A stretch of DNA of 63,893 nucleotides, counting the filler, from Choristocarpus tenellus KU-1152 (lineage: Eukaryota; Protista; Phaeophyceae): assembly GCA_964200185.2 (NCBI GenBank). It is 11 parts of 11 records of this genome, joined end to end, with 100 filler letters (N's around TTAATTAATTAA, not from the genome) between each part and the next. Parts side by side here need not be neighbours in the genome. Positions count along the whole stretch, not along the records: positions 9,456 to 15,389 come from CAXNAD020009373.1; positions 15,490 to 19,299 come from CAXNAD020017801.1; positions 19,400 to 23,502 come from CAXNAD020016195.1; 8 more parts are not named here. One strand, 5' to 3'. This document shows, in pieces, positions 11,522 to 23,492 of the stretch. The position numbers and the translations under genes were made by a program. Below the pieces are notes generated by a model. The model made no database searches, was not told the origin of the DNA, and worked only from the letters and a program-made list of their open reading frames with translations. Each line of letters starts with the position of its first letter. Positions within the stretch are counted from its first letter, which is position 1.

Positions 11522-14500
11522 ACAACTTCTAAGCGTTGGGTTTTAAGGGGCTTGTCGATGTCCCTAAGCCTGTGAGAGGTGGTGTATGCAGTTGTGTATA
11601 GAAATGATGAATGAGTCAAAGTGAAGAAGTACTCAGAGTTGTATCCTAAGGATGCTGACAAATGTGTGCAATTTTTTTTTTTTACAAATGCGTGTAGTGC
11701 ATTTTTCTATTTGTGTCGGGAAAGTTTCAAACAATAATGGAGAAATACACGCCCGCATATCAAACTGAGAACTTCATCCGTAGTATTATGGGTAAATTGC
11801 AAAAGATTGAAAAACAGACTTGAAATTAAAAACGGCCGAAACCTGGGTACCTCTCGTTTACTTTGACTCAGCTCCATTTGTCAGTGCTCTTGCATGTTGA
11901 TGATACACGAGTGAGTTCTTGAATTTTTAGATCACATGACATTCCCCCCCCCCCTCCCCACCCCCCCGAACTCCAAGGCAAAAAATATCCCATGGAATAA
12001 CTCAGTGAGACCCAAAGTGTTGACGCACACCAACAAATAAATATGCGACCAAATTACAGCACTCCTGATTTTTTATCCACTTAGCTCCATCTCTCACGAA
12101 TGGCCACAGTATGACGCAGGAAGAGATTCCCCCTTTGACATCCAGTCTACTATAGTTTAACAAAGCTTAATTCTTACCACCTCCCGGACAAGTACGTGAA
12201 TACATAGGGGTGATGACTAAAACCAAACCAGAGAGGACCACAGTAGATTTAAACCCATAAAAGAGGGAAGATGACACAATATGTCCTCACCATTGTTCCA
12301 TACAGGCGGATCTCTTACCTTTAAGGATGCAGTTTCTATTGCCTCTTTACAGGCGAATGTTTGTGTATGTATGTGAGAGAGGGAGAGAGACATGAGAGGA
12401 TCGGTTCAACCAGCAACCTTTCTACATGCACAAAGGATGGAGAGGGGAGTATGATAGCAGTACTCTAAGATAGAGGCGGAGTCTAGCTTTTGCTTTTTCA
12501 AAGCCATAGGGCACCTGCAAGTACAAGAACAGGAACAAGTACATTAGTCATGCACTTCTATGGCATCTTCTAATACATGCACGTAAGACTTCAACTAAGT
12601 AATTGTTGCTCGCTCCGGACCTCCCCCCCTATTCTTCCTCGCCCTTACACAGGCAGTATAAGGGAGGGCAGAGCATATAGAGACCACATCAACACAGACA
12701 GGCAAACCAGATTAAGAACATACTGCCAGCCAAAAGACTTTTTGTGAGAACCCAACTTTAGGTGGGGGGTTGGGGGGGGGGGAAGGGGAAGGCGACACCC
12801 TTCTGGTGCTCTATTTGCTTTGACCGTAGTGGGAGATACAGTATCAATACCGATGAGCTATACCACTACCGTACTATTGCCTCTCTCTCAGAGCCCCCCC
12901 AGTGTCTTTAATCACAGTTCCTGACACAACTTCCCTACAATCTAGTTACAACCAGGAAGGGTAACAACTCGTCTATTCACTGAAAAGTTCATCTCAAGCC
13001 CTTCGTACCACACTCCACCGCTATGTATGACAGTAGATACACAGGTACTTACACAAATATATAGATATCTAGCATTCACAAAATCTAACCGTCTTCTGTA
13101 ACTGGCTCTCTGCGGGGTCTGCTCTAGAACAATAACCTCGCTTGATACAATCAGATATGGTAAAAAAAATCAAGAACACGTCCAAAAAGCAGTTGTTCAC
13201 ACAATTGCACGGTATTCGTATTTTGGAGGCTTGTACAATGAGTCAAACAGCCCTCCATAATTTCCCTCCGCCACTCTGCACCATCGCCACCCACTGTCGC
13301 TTGACACAAGTACAGTGAGACTTCTCCTAGAGCTGTAGAGCACTACCACCCCCATACAGCGCACAAGGCAGGTGAGGACAAGTGGATATGTGTAAGATAT
13401 TGTGATACGGACAAAAAGGTCCGTCATAGAGCACGCGAAAAAAATCACGTTCACAACATAGAACTATTTTATTGCAAAGCACTAAATAATAGAATAGCAC
13501 CATTAAAATGCTGTGGAATGAAATTTGAGGATACACTTTCAGTTTTTCCACGTGCAACACACACTTTAAAAATAAAAACGCTTTAGCTTTGGCGTCCAAT
13601 AGCACCAGGCCCAGTTAGATGGGCACTAGTTGTGACTGTTAACTCAAAGGGACCACACTGGTAGATGTGTGTCTTCCTTTCAGCAGGCTCATTCTACTTT
13701 TTCCTTCCCATGCAAGAGTGCTACCTCAGAGCAACCAACACTACTGCCCTGAACATTCAGGAAATATTTGAAAGGAGGAGAGGGATACATTAGTAGGCTT
13801 TGATGGAAGACCATCTCTGGGACATGCCCATTGTTCACATAATGGGCCATGCGGGGGGGCCTGTGATTCGATAACCAGTAACCATTGTCATTGTTTACAA
13901 AAATCTTTTATCTTGCACTCATGACCATCACAAGGGATGTTTTCCTATCTTCTGCTATATGTGTCCTTCTACTCAATGGCACTTAAAGCCTATATATCAT
14001 TGTATGTACTCATGCGCTATTTTTTCGTGGAGAAATCTAATGCTTCAAACTAAGGCCACTCAGCCAGCAAACAAAACATGCACCAGCAGTACAGGCATAC
14101 ACATATGCACAAATACTGGACTGTGCAGCTTCTCTTCTGGAGGATAAAGTCACAGCTCTGTGACTCATCACCCTTAGAATCTAACCTGTGTACATACAAA
14201 ACATAAATGATGTGAACATACAAACACATTAAAGTACACCTTTGAGTACTCATCTTTGAATAAACTAAACGTGGATTTATACACAAATCAGACATGACCT
14301 CAACATTCCTTGGCATCAAGAAACATAGTACAAACAGCACACAGACTTTCTTGGGGGAAGAACGGTCGCACACGTCTTTCCCTCCACAATCAACTTCAGA
14401 CCTGCATACCCCAAAATGATGGATGCACATGCTTCCATGCCATTGACATATCAACAATACTATTTGCCTCTTCCATTGTTGACCTTTGATGACTACATTT

Positions 14501-15489
14501 AAGCAGAAAAATAATATGGATGACATTGCCCCAAAAATGAGTGCCAAGAGTGAAGTACTATGCCACGGGCACGCTAGGGGTGTTCTGATCCTATCTCGAC
14601 GACCCGTTCAGCAAAATGACCTTCACGCCAGTAAGCGGCGCCAAAGGTATCCAAAATATCAACTCAAACCCTTCATCCACATCACAATTGCTGCCTCGAC
14701 TAAGTTAGTAGCTGTGCTTACAGGATCACAATAGGTACCCATCCACAACCTCAGAGGAACTCAGCCCCTTCTCCTCCAACCATTGCAGGGGGGGAAAATC
14801 AATTCTCTGTAGAAACACTGTCAACAGTCAGAGGGGTGTGAAGCACCAAGAATCTCAAGGACACATCCATAATGAATTCAACTCATCTTTTACCAAGCTT
14901 CTTGGTACAGAATGGGAACAAAAATTAGGTTTTAAGATCAATTCCATGGGGGAAAGAAAAACCCTGACACGTAGCTCAGCAATCACACAGGCATGCCAAT
15001 CTCCTCTCCATTGCTGCTGCAACTCTCTCCCGAGTACTGCTCTTGTTGATATTGATGTCGTTGGCGCGAACTGTTTTTCTCCTCCTCAAACACTGTTGAT
15101 GGGCAAGAGGGCACCACTGGCCATATTGAAGAGGGAGCACCAGCAAGGGACCGATTTGCTGGGTCACCATCAGTGGACGGGCCAAACAAAAGCTCCTCCA
15201 GAGAGGCAAGCTCTGCCATCTGCTGGTCAATTAATGCACCTCTTGTCTGATCCACCAGGAACTGGTGCTGCGCAGGTGTGACATTGAGCCCATAGACAGA
15301 GGGAACAAGAAGTGGGGGAAAAGCTGGTCCCATCGGTGCTGTGGGGGGGGGGGGCCCCTCACCATGGCCAGGCGAAGGGCCTAGGGGCGNNNNNNNNNNN
15401 NNNNNNNNNNNNNNNNNNNNNNNNNNNNNNNNNTTAATTAATTAANNNNNNNNNNNNNNNNNNNNNNNNNNNNNNNNNNNNNNNNNNNN

Positions 15490-15561
15490 AAAAAAGTGAA
15501 AATCGAAAGAAAGGTGAAAAACGGACGCCAACCCCCCCCCCCCCCCCAGATACTTTGACCC
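15490..15561. mobile_element. End of a type C TIR element at contig start
   Basis: aaaacggacgcc-aa-C(n)-AGATACTTTGACCC, the reverse complement of the 16185-type end. Confidence 0.75.
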
Positions 15562-16184
15562 ATCAACTGGATGGATGTCATCCATACTGGAATTTCTCAT
15601 CATCAGGGCTAATCCTAGCCCAAACCCTTAGCTCTAGCTCTACAGACGTTACCATGGCGCTAGCCGTAATCGTGGCTGTAGCTGTAGCCCTGAGCTGGTG
15701 TTCGTCAATCGAACCAAATCCACACTACAGGGAAACTGCAGGATACTAATGCTGATATTGTAGAGAAGAATTGAAGACAACCAATGCCATGCTACGTATA
15801 TGTAGTAGTACACGCGACAATAACACGGCTTCCTATTCAGTATTATGTACATCAATGCGGTATACTCTTACTGCATGACAAGTATAGTAAGAGTAGTTGT
15901 TCTTTCGGGTGGAGAAAAAAAAGAGATGAAAGTGGTGCACAGAAGGAGTGTACTAACAAAACAAAAATTAATACTGCAATATATTCCCAAGGTGAAATAC
16001 TATACTAACATGTCCTATCCCAAAATCTATCCAAAAACAATATGTTTACTGGCAGTACACATACACCTGCAGTACTCCTACCACGTTTTAAATGCCTGCT
16101 GCAAATCTTTACCCGATGTCTTTCTATCCTTAACCATAAAGCATTGACGACTATCAGACTGGAGATGACTCACCCCAACCCTAT

Positions 16185-17856
16185 GGACCAAAGTATCTAG
16201 GGGGGGGGGTCGGGCGTCCGTTTTGTGCCCTTTTTTCGAAATGGCGATTTTTGGGTGATTTGCTTGCATGTGTCGGAATTTTAATGTTTTGAAAAAGGGT
16301 TGGTGGTTATGGTCTGTTGCCGTTGTGTTATCATGAACAACGCAAAATAGTCTGTTCTTATATTGGGCTAGTTTTGTGTCCAGAGTTGGGTTTAGCAAGG
16401 CTAAAAATATAATATTTTTTTGTTTGGGGTTTTGTGTTCAGGCTTGGGTTAAGATGAACAACGCTAAAAATATACACTATTGTTATATTTTGGGTTAGGG
16501 TGTGCGTTAGACTTGGGTTAGGTTAGGGTTCGATAGCAATGCACTATGTTTTTGTTTTCGTTTAATTTCTTGCTCAGACTTGCGTTTTCATGAATAACGC
16601 TAAAAAGACTCCATGTTTTCATTTAAGGTTACTTTTGTGTGTTCAGCTTAGGATTTCTTTCTACCATTAGGGTTAGTTTAGGTTAGCATGATGAAGGTCG
16701 AGGGTGTCACACGGACGGATATTGGACAATAGGGTTCGTGTTGGTTTGTGGTTTGTGTCATGGTTTGTATATGGGCCTAGGGCAAAGGGCCAGGGTAAGG
16801 GTTAGGGGATGTTAGGCTGGGGGGGTGCGACCCATGCCCTTTGTAAGGTTGATGTAAAGCGCGGGACGTTTGTGTGATGCAGGGGTTGCTTTTTACATAT
16901 TCCAAATTGACAGTGTTAGGGAAAAGATAAACGAATGCCTTGCCCCGTGTACAAGAATGAAGGCTTGCAATGTGATTGTAGTTTGTGTAATGCTTTAATA
17001 CGAAAGATATATAGTGTAAGTAGCGTTAGACGTTAGGTTTAGGAATTGCGTAGGGTAGAAATCGACCCATGCCACGTTGTGGTAAAGAGTCGATTTGGTG
17101 AGAAGAAATGTTAACGTATTATCCACTAGTAGTTATGGCAGCAAGGTTGATGTATGTACGTGATGTGACTGGTTTGTGACCTTAGGGTTAGGGAAGTGAA
17201 TATCATTATTTAGCTGGAGCCCTGGGTTTACGACATGATTAGAGCTAGTTGCCAGTTACGTTCGAAGAAGAGATTGTACAGAGTTGTGGATGAGTTGAAG
17301 TACAGTGTTAGGATTTATTGAATGCAGGAAGGATAGTATGGTGAGTGTTGGTTACGAAATAGAGAATAATAAGTGGCCGTTGATAAGGGAAGGTGTCGAA
17401 GGCATGCATTTGTGCAGGGACATGACCCGGAGTATGCAACCCACAACCCTTCTCCTTTGCTTCTTTCCATTGCTCGGGCTGAAGAGCCATTGACAGAAAC
17501 CTTGCATAAACTAAACTAGGTGAAGAAAAACCCCGTACTCGATACCACCATCAAAACACGAGGAGATATTTTCACAACAGATAACCCCTCTTTCATTCCT
17601 AATCCTAACGGCAACAACCACCTAACTACAAATTTGGAACAAAACGGCAACTTTCCTAAGCCATAATCACACAGTATACACTCACTCAAGCGCCAAGCGC
17701 AGGCAGGTCCTAAATGCAGTTTGTTTCAAAATACATCAAAAAAGGACAAACCCTCCACGATTGAAGACAGCAATTCCGCGAATTTTTGAACACTTCGTCA
17801 GGGCCGAAATGGACGTCCCCTCACAAAACACACACACACCCCAGATAGCTTGACCC
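16185..17856. mobile_element. Type C non-autonomous TIR element (1.67 kb) with internal degenerate TTAGGG repeats
   Basis: Left end GGACCAAAGTATCTAG(n)..GGGCGTCCGTTTT; right end GAAATGGACGTCCCC..CCCCAGATAGCTTGACCC; flanks ctat/ctaa. Confidence 0.75.
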
Positions 17857-18510
17857 CTAACCCCAACCCTAACCCTACAGAACACTACTGTGATACCGCG
17901 GTAGCATTCAGCACAGATCCCTTACCCTTTCAAGGGAACTCTACAATACGAAACACTGCAAGTCCACAAGCACACTGAAAAATCCAATTGATATATAACC
18001 CCTCCAATCTCCTCTAGCTCCGTTTATGGGACAGGATTGGGGTACAAAACACATCGAGCTGTAAGATGCAATATATATTTTCAAAGAATGTTCAAAACTG
18101 CAAAGTGTGCAACATGTGTGTTTGTGTGTGTTTGTATGTGTAAGATGATTGGAGTATCCCGTGCCACACCACAACCCAAGGTGATAGACACATACCTGTG
18201 ATGTGGATGTAGAGATTCAGCAGAGTGGGATGGAATCATCACAGAAATCATGTTAACGGCTCCCAAGGTGTTACAAACCCACCATTATTGAGCCGGTGTT
18301 CGTGTGCACTGGAAGCTTTTGTGTACAGGAGAATGAGTACTCTCCGCCTGATTTCACCAATGGCATCTTTGCCTACACATGGATACAATTGGGGGGGGAA
18401 AACGTAGGGAGAGAGGTGAACTCCGTAAGCCCAGCGGGTATAAAAGAAATACTTGTCTTGATCGGCAAAGGTTGTATGCACTCCATCAGATCAGCCTTCC
18501 CTAATGTGCA

Positions 18511-18767
18511 GAGCCAAAGTATCTTAGAGGGTAGAGCCGCGTCCATTTGGGGGCCAAATCCAATGTTGCAATTTTGATGATATTTTGGTTATTGTGTTGT
18601 TAGGAAGTGTCAGTATCCATGTTCTGGATACATATTTTCATAACGAATGCATTTTACCTACTCCAAAACATTTTAGAGTAGGAAAATGTCTGTAAAAAAC
18701 CCATGGGAATCCAAGCCCCAAATGGACAAACAGGGGAAAACTCGTACCCTCTAAGATACTTTCATTC
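18511..18767. mobile_element. MITE type B, 3-bp TSD GCA
   Basis: GAGCCAAAGTATCTTAGAGGGTA...TACCCTCTAAGATACTTTCATTC. Confidence 0.92.
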
Positions 18768-19078
18768 GCATTTTTCTGATTATTCCATCGCTTTCATACC
18801 TGGTTGGAGGTGGGGGGAGGGGGGGGGTGAGGGTGTGCTTGCCGCCTCTCTTAGACAAGAAGAAAAAAGATAGAGTCATCAAAGAGAAAATCGTTGAAAC
18901 GGGCCAAGGAGATGACAACTTCCAAATATGGTAAGCCTTCGGTGGTAACAACCTGCAATGTAGTTTTCCTCCTCAATTCCATTGCCCCCCCTACCTAACG
19001 GGTGAAATGTACTCATTTCCCATGGGCAGTACAACCTACCTTTCCATTCAATTCTATATCAAAGGCACTCTGGCGAGG

Positions 19079-19227
19079 GATCCAAAGTATCTGAGGGGGG
19101 GTGGCGGCTGTCCATTTGGGGTCATTTTTTTCATGTTGCGATTTTTGGGTGATTTGGTTGCATACGTCAGAATGATAATGAAAATACACTTTTCCTGATT
19201 TTGGACCAAATGGATACCCTGGTGTAG
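19079..19227. mobile_element. MITE type A, lacking its right end
   Basis: GATCCAAAGTATCTGAG(n)...ccctggtgtag, then unrelated GC-rich sequence. Confidence 0.85.
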
Positions 19228-19399
19228 GCATGGGAGGTGGCGGCCGACGGCGTCACGCACCAACCAGCGCGCGCGAAACAAGACCCGGCGCCGCTCGCCN
19301 NNNNNNNNNNNNNNNNNNNNNNNNNNNNNNNNNNNNNNNNNNNTTAATTAATTAANNNNNNNNNNNNNNNNNNNNNNNNNNNNNNNNNNNNNNNNNNNN

Positions 19400-19440
19400 C
19401 CGGGTGTAGCCCCCCCCCCCCCCCCCAGATACTTTGAGCC
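19400..19440. mobile_element. MITE type A end at contig start
   Basis: gggtgtag-C(n)-AGATACTTTGAGCC. Confidence 0.8.
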
Positions 19441-20218
19441 AGAACCTATGTTCGTGTAGACCTCCCGTCAACTCGTTTTTCCTCTTTAAATACGTATATA
19501 TGTGTTAAATATTTTGTCGGTTTTAATGAGATAAATATAATAGTCCAGATCTATATGTTTTTCAAAGTTCACTTTTGTAGGAAAATCATTGAACTTTATG
19601 GGACAGAGGGGGTGTGGTGTATATCTTTAAGTGTTTGGCCGGGTTTAGTTAAATAAATATAATAATCCACATCCATCTGTTTTTTTTTTCGAATTTCGCT
19701 TTTGCAGGAAAATGATTGAACTACTGTGTTTTCGTTTCAGCTTGCAAGTGGGGATCATCTACCCATCCACTTGTTCTATGCTTCGACGAAGCAGTGTGAG
19801 GAGTAGGTTATTACACTATAATGGTAGAAAAAAAAAAAATTACTCGCCTTTCATTCTTGTAGGAAACCTTTCAAATCTCAAGTACTTACTTCACATAGTC
19901 ATCTGTATGCTTTTGCTTCCAAGCAGCGGTTCGTTCAAAAAAAGCGATTTCGTTCTTAGGTTCGGATGTACGTATGATGTATCAAGGAGTTGTGTGCGTT
20001 TGACTTCTTACTGTAGCAAGGTGGGGTTTTTTATTTTTAAAGGGGGCAGGGGAGGTTGCAGGCTGGACACATCCCATTGTCTTGTGCATTTTGCTGGGGG
20101 TATTCTATTGTTTTTTTTTTTTCAGTGTTTCTCTTCGTGCTACGTCCATCGCACTCCTTCAACGTTGGGGTTGTCTCTTTCAAGGGCTAGGGCTGATCTG
20201 TCTTGTTTCTCTTCTTTG

Positions 20219-20395
20219 GGATCAAAGTATCTGGAGGTGAGTGGCGGCTGTCCATTTGGGGCCCATATTTCCATGTCGCAATTTTTGGGTGATTTGGTTG
20301 CATTTGTCAGATGGATAATGTAAGTGTGCACTTTTCCTGGTCAAGGCCCAAATCGACACCCTGGTATAGACCCCCCCCCCCAGATACTTTGAGCC
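20219..20395. mobile_element. MITE type A, TSD TTTG
   Basis: GGATCAAAGTATCTGG...CCAGATACTTTGAGCC; tttg on both flanks. Confidence 0.92.
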
Positions 20396-20575
20396 TTTGC
20401 AGTGTGCACTTTGTTCTCCATCAATGTGTCGAGTCTTTTGTTCCGACTATTTAGAGTGGATACTTTGCCTCCTATCGGATAATGTTTGTTTTTTTGCGCC
20501 CTACCACTGCACTTGTCTAGCATTCCGTTTCCCTCATTCCATTCCTCTTTCTACCGTCCACCTGCCTCACTGAAG

Positions 20576-21342
20576 GCTTTCTGAGCAAGGAGACTGTGGC
20601 CAAGGTCAAGGTCCTAGGGAAGGGTGAGGCCGCACTCCGTGAGCTACAACAGCACATTCCGCTAGAAAACATCCCAGACTTCTTGGGGGGCGCCTCACCA
20701 TCCGAAGTGGGACCCAATGACCCCCTTTGGAATGAAGTTGACGCTGCGATGGCTGCAATGGGTGAGGGGAGAGATCCGTTCCTCAGTACCCAAGAGGTTG
20801 GAGATCGTGTTGGTGAAACCATCATCCCAGTGCAAGAAAGAGAAGCAACAGTTGACTCAGCAGAAAATAAGGCAGGTACCGTGGTGGAGTGCAATGACCA
20901 TCAGGTGGAGAGTGAGGTAGTAGTCGCAAGTGTAGATGGGGGAGAGGGCAGAGACAAAGGGTTGGACGGGAAGGGGAAGGGAAAACGCCGACGGCGAAGG
21001 GCGAGGTCGTTGCCCACGGTGAGAAATAAAGGACTGCGAAAGGGGGCAACGAACAGTTCCCGACAGAGATTATTGCAAACTGAGAAGGATAGGTTCGATG
21101 CCACTGGAGGGGAGGAGAAGGAGATGGAGAAGAAAAAGGGTCCTCTTGGAGTTGAGCCGCATAGAGGACCATTGCCAGGGATGCTGATGGGAGTAGTGAG
21201 AGGTGTTGTTAGAGAACTGGCAGCATTTTTGTCGGTAGTGGCGGGGTTTCTGATTAGGGTTACAGAATTGCTGTTAAAGCGAATCGTGGATGCGGTCTTG
21301 GGTCTGAGGAGTGAGGGGGAGGAGAAGCAAGGAGATACATAG
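20576..21342 (+). CDS. Terminal exon of a SEC14/CRAL-TRIO lipid-binding protein with a C-terminal hydrophobic segment
   Basis: Polypyrimidine tract and aag acceptor; FLSKETVAKVKVLG..LQQHIPLENIPDFLGG matches the end of a CRAL-TRIO domain; stop TAG at 21340. Confidence 0.8.
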
Positions 21343-22624
21343 GGCGCATTAATGTTACGAGTTGTGAAACTTGTTTATTGCGGTGACGTGTGTTTTTCTA
21401 TGTTTTGTTGTGGATGTATGAACTGTCTTGAGTATATTGGTTGGCGAGGCAGTGGGGTATTTGTGGTACTTGCAGTGGTCTTTTGTGTGAGGAGGGGGGA
21501 AGGTCTATGGTGTCATAGAAGGTAGATAGGTTGGTTCGGGATTGTTGACGATTCTTTGTCATGGGGGTGATGTCACAATGTAGTTGATTGTACAAATCTT
21601 GTGTATACGTACATACTATTGTGGTAGAAAAGGATGTTAAATAGCCCAGGGCTGTCTGCAGCACTCTCTTCCCCATTATGTGTCCTTCAAGGCGGAAACT
21701 ACGCACCTTGCTTTCACAGTGTTAGCGTATGGACCTAAGTACTGCTGTGTGCTTAGGGCCTGGTAGTAGTTTGTACTCAGTGATTTGTAGATTGGTGATG
21801 TTTTCATACGCACAATATCTGTGACAAGGTTTTCTATATTCACCCCTGGTGTCTATGCCAGGCTTGTAGGTGCGTAGTAGGCTCAATTGTATCAGCACAT
21901 ACTCATACTGCAAGACGTATGTCCGTGCTATCCTCTTGGGGTTGGCTTTGTAAATGTGGCCCGCCTGGAATGCTGGGTTGCGTCATCCATTTGCCTTGTC
22001 CTGTCAACTGCCTCCTCTATTTTCTCTCTGGGGTGGCGACTGACTGCATAGTATATATTGTATTATGTGACTTGGAAGTGTTTTGTATCCAGTGTGAGTT
22101 AATAGTCCAGTCCTTTTGTCGCAAAGTGCTCAACTCACCAGTGCTGATATAGAGATTGGTTGACGGTTCAGAGTAGGAAATAGTTTTTGTTAATCAGTGC
22201 ATGTATATCTGGTTTGTGAGCTGCTTGTGTGATCCCCGCCCAAGAAGGTTTGATCCATGATAATAATCACTCACTGACGCACCTCTGATGGGTCTTGTTA
22301 TGTGTTATTTGAGTGTCTTGAATGTACACGGGTGCAAGCACACAAACTTAGCAGGCTTGAGTTCGAATCTCACCGGTGTCGCCAATGTGAATCGTGTGAT
22401 TCTGTGGTGGCGTGGTTCACTCAGGCAAGGGTGGTGAAGAGAATCACCGGGCAAGACGGATCAGAAGAACAAGGACGAACCGTAACTGAGGGTACGAGGT
22501 TAAGGTTGGACAAGTGCAAATTGAGGACTGATGAGCATCATCAAAGATGGGGCTTCAGATTCACCATCAGTCAAGACGTGAGAACAAAGTGGACCTTCCA
22601 TGTGTGACAACTCTGAATGACGAG

Positions 22625-23312
22625 CTGTCCCAAGTATGGTTAATTTTGTGCGTATATTCATACCCAACTTAGTCACAGTAATCGAACCGTTAGTTCATCT
22701 CACTAAAAAAGGTGTCAGTAAGAGAGTGGATAAAGAATGGGGATTGGACCAGGATGTGGCATTTTTTAAGTAAAACAATTACTCACTGCCTCCCCGGTTC
22801 TCGTATTCCCTGACTTTACCAAAGAAATCATCATCCATGTTGATGCCAGTGAGAGTGGTGCTGGAGGGTTTTTAGCACAACCTCGATCCGATAATCCTGT
22901 AGACCTGGGTATCATTGCATACTTCAGCAAGAAATTGAATGAAGCTCAACGTCTCTATTCAGCTACATTAAGATAATGTTATGCAGTCGTTACAGCTATC
23001 ACTCATTGGCGACCGTATCTTTGGGGTAGACACTTCACCTGCATCACAGATCATGCCGCATTGTGCTACTTGTATAGAATGCAGGATACCAGCAACATCC
23101 TTACTCGTTGGGCTATTGCTCTTCAAGCTTATGATTTCACAGTCAAGCACAAGTCCAGTCAGCTCAATGTTATACCTGATACTCTATCTCGTATTTTCAA
23201 GTTTGAGGAACAGGAGGAATCCGTTGCTCCAATTCTGGCACCAATCTGTCGCAATGTGCCTGAAGGTAGTCGTGCATTTGCCACACGTGTTCAAAAGGAA
23301 TATGAGTTATCT
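22625..23312 (+). mobile_element. Ty3/Gypsy LTR retrotransposon pol relic (RT connection and RNase H)
   Basis: MVNFVRIFIPNL..EPL..LTKK; SPVLVFPDFTKEIIIHVDASESGAGGFLAQ; IAYFSKKL; HWRPYLWGRHFTCITDHAAL..LTRWAIALQAYDF..NVIPDTLSR. Contains a frameshift and a stop. Confidence 0.92.
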
Positions 23313-23492
23313 GACCCAAAGTATCTGGGAGAGGGGGGGGAGTCTACACCAGGGTGTCCATTTGGACCAAAATCTGGAAAAGTACATTTACAGTACCCAT
23401 CCGACGTATGCAACCAAATAGCCCAAAAATCGCGACATGAAAAAATTGACCCCAAATGGACAGCTGCCACCCCCTCCCAGATCCTTTGGGCC
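23313..23492. mobile_element. MITE type A inserted in the Gypsy relic, TSD ATCT
   Basis: GACCCAAAGTATCTGG...CCAGATCCTTTGGGCC; atct on both flanks. Confidence 0.92.

Noticed and set aside
14050-15389. Possible DIRS/Ngaro retroelement relic (LCINPRLV, LDSKG)
   Set aside because: The motif similarity is too weak to support without an HMM search.
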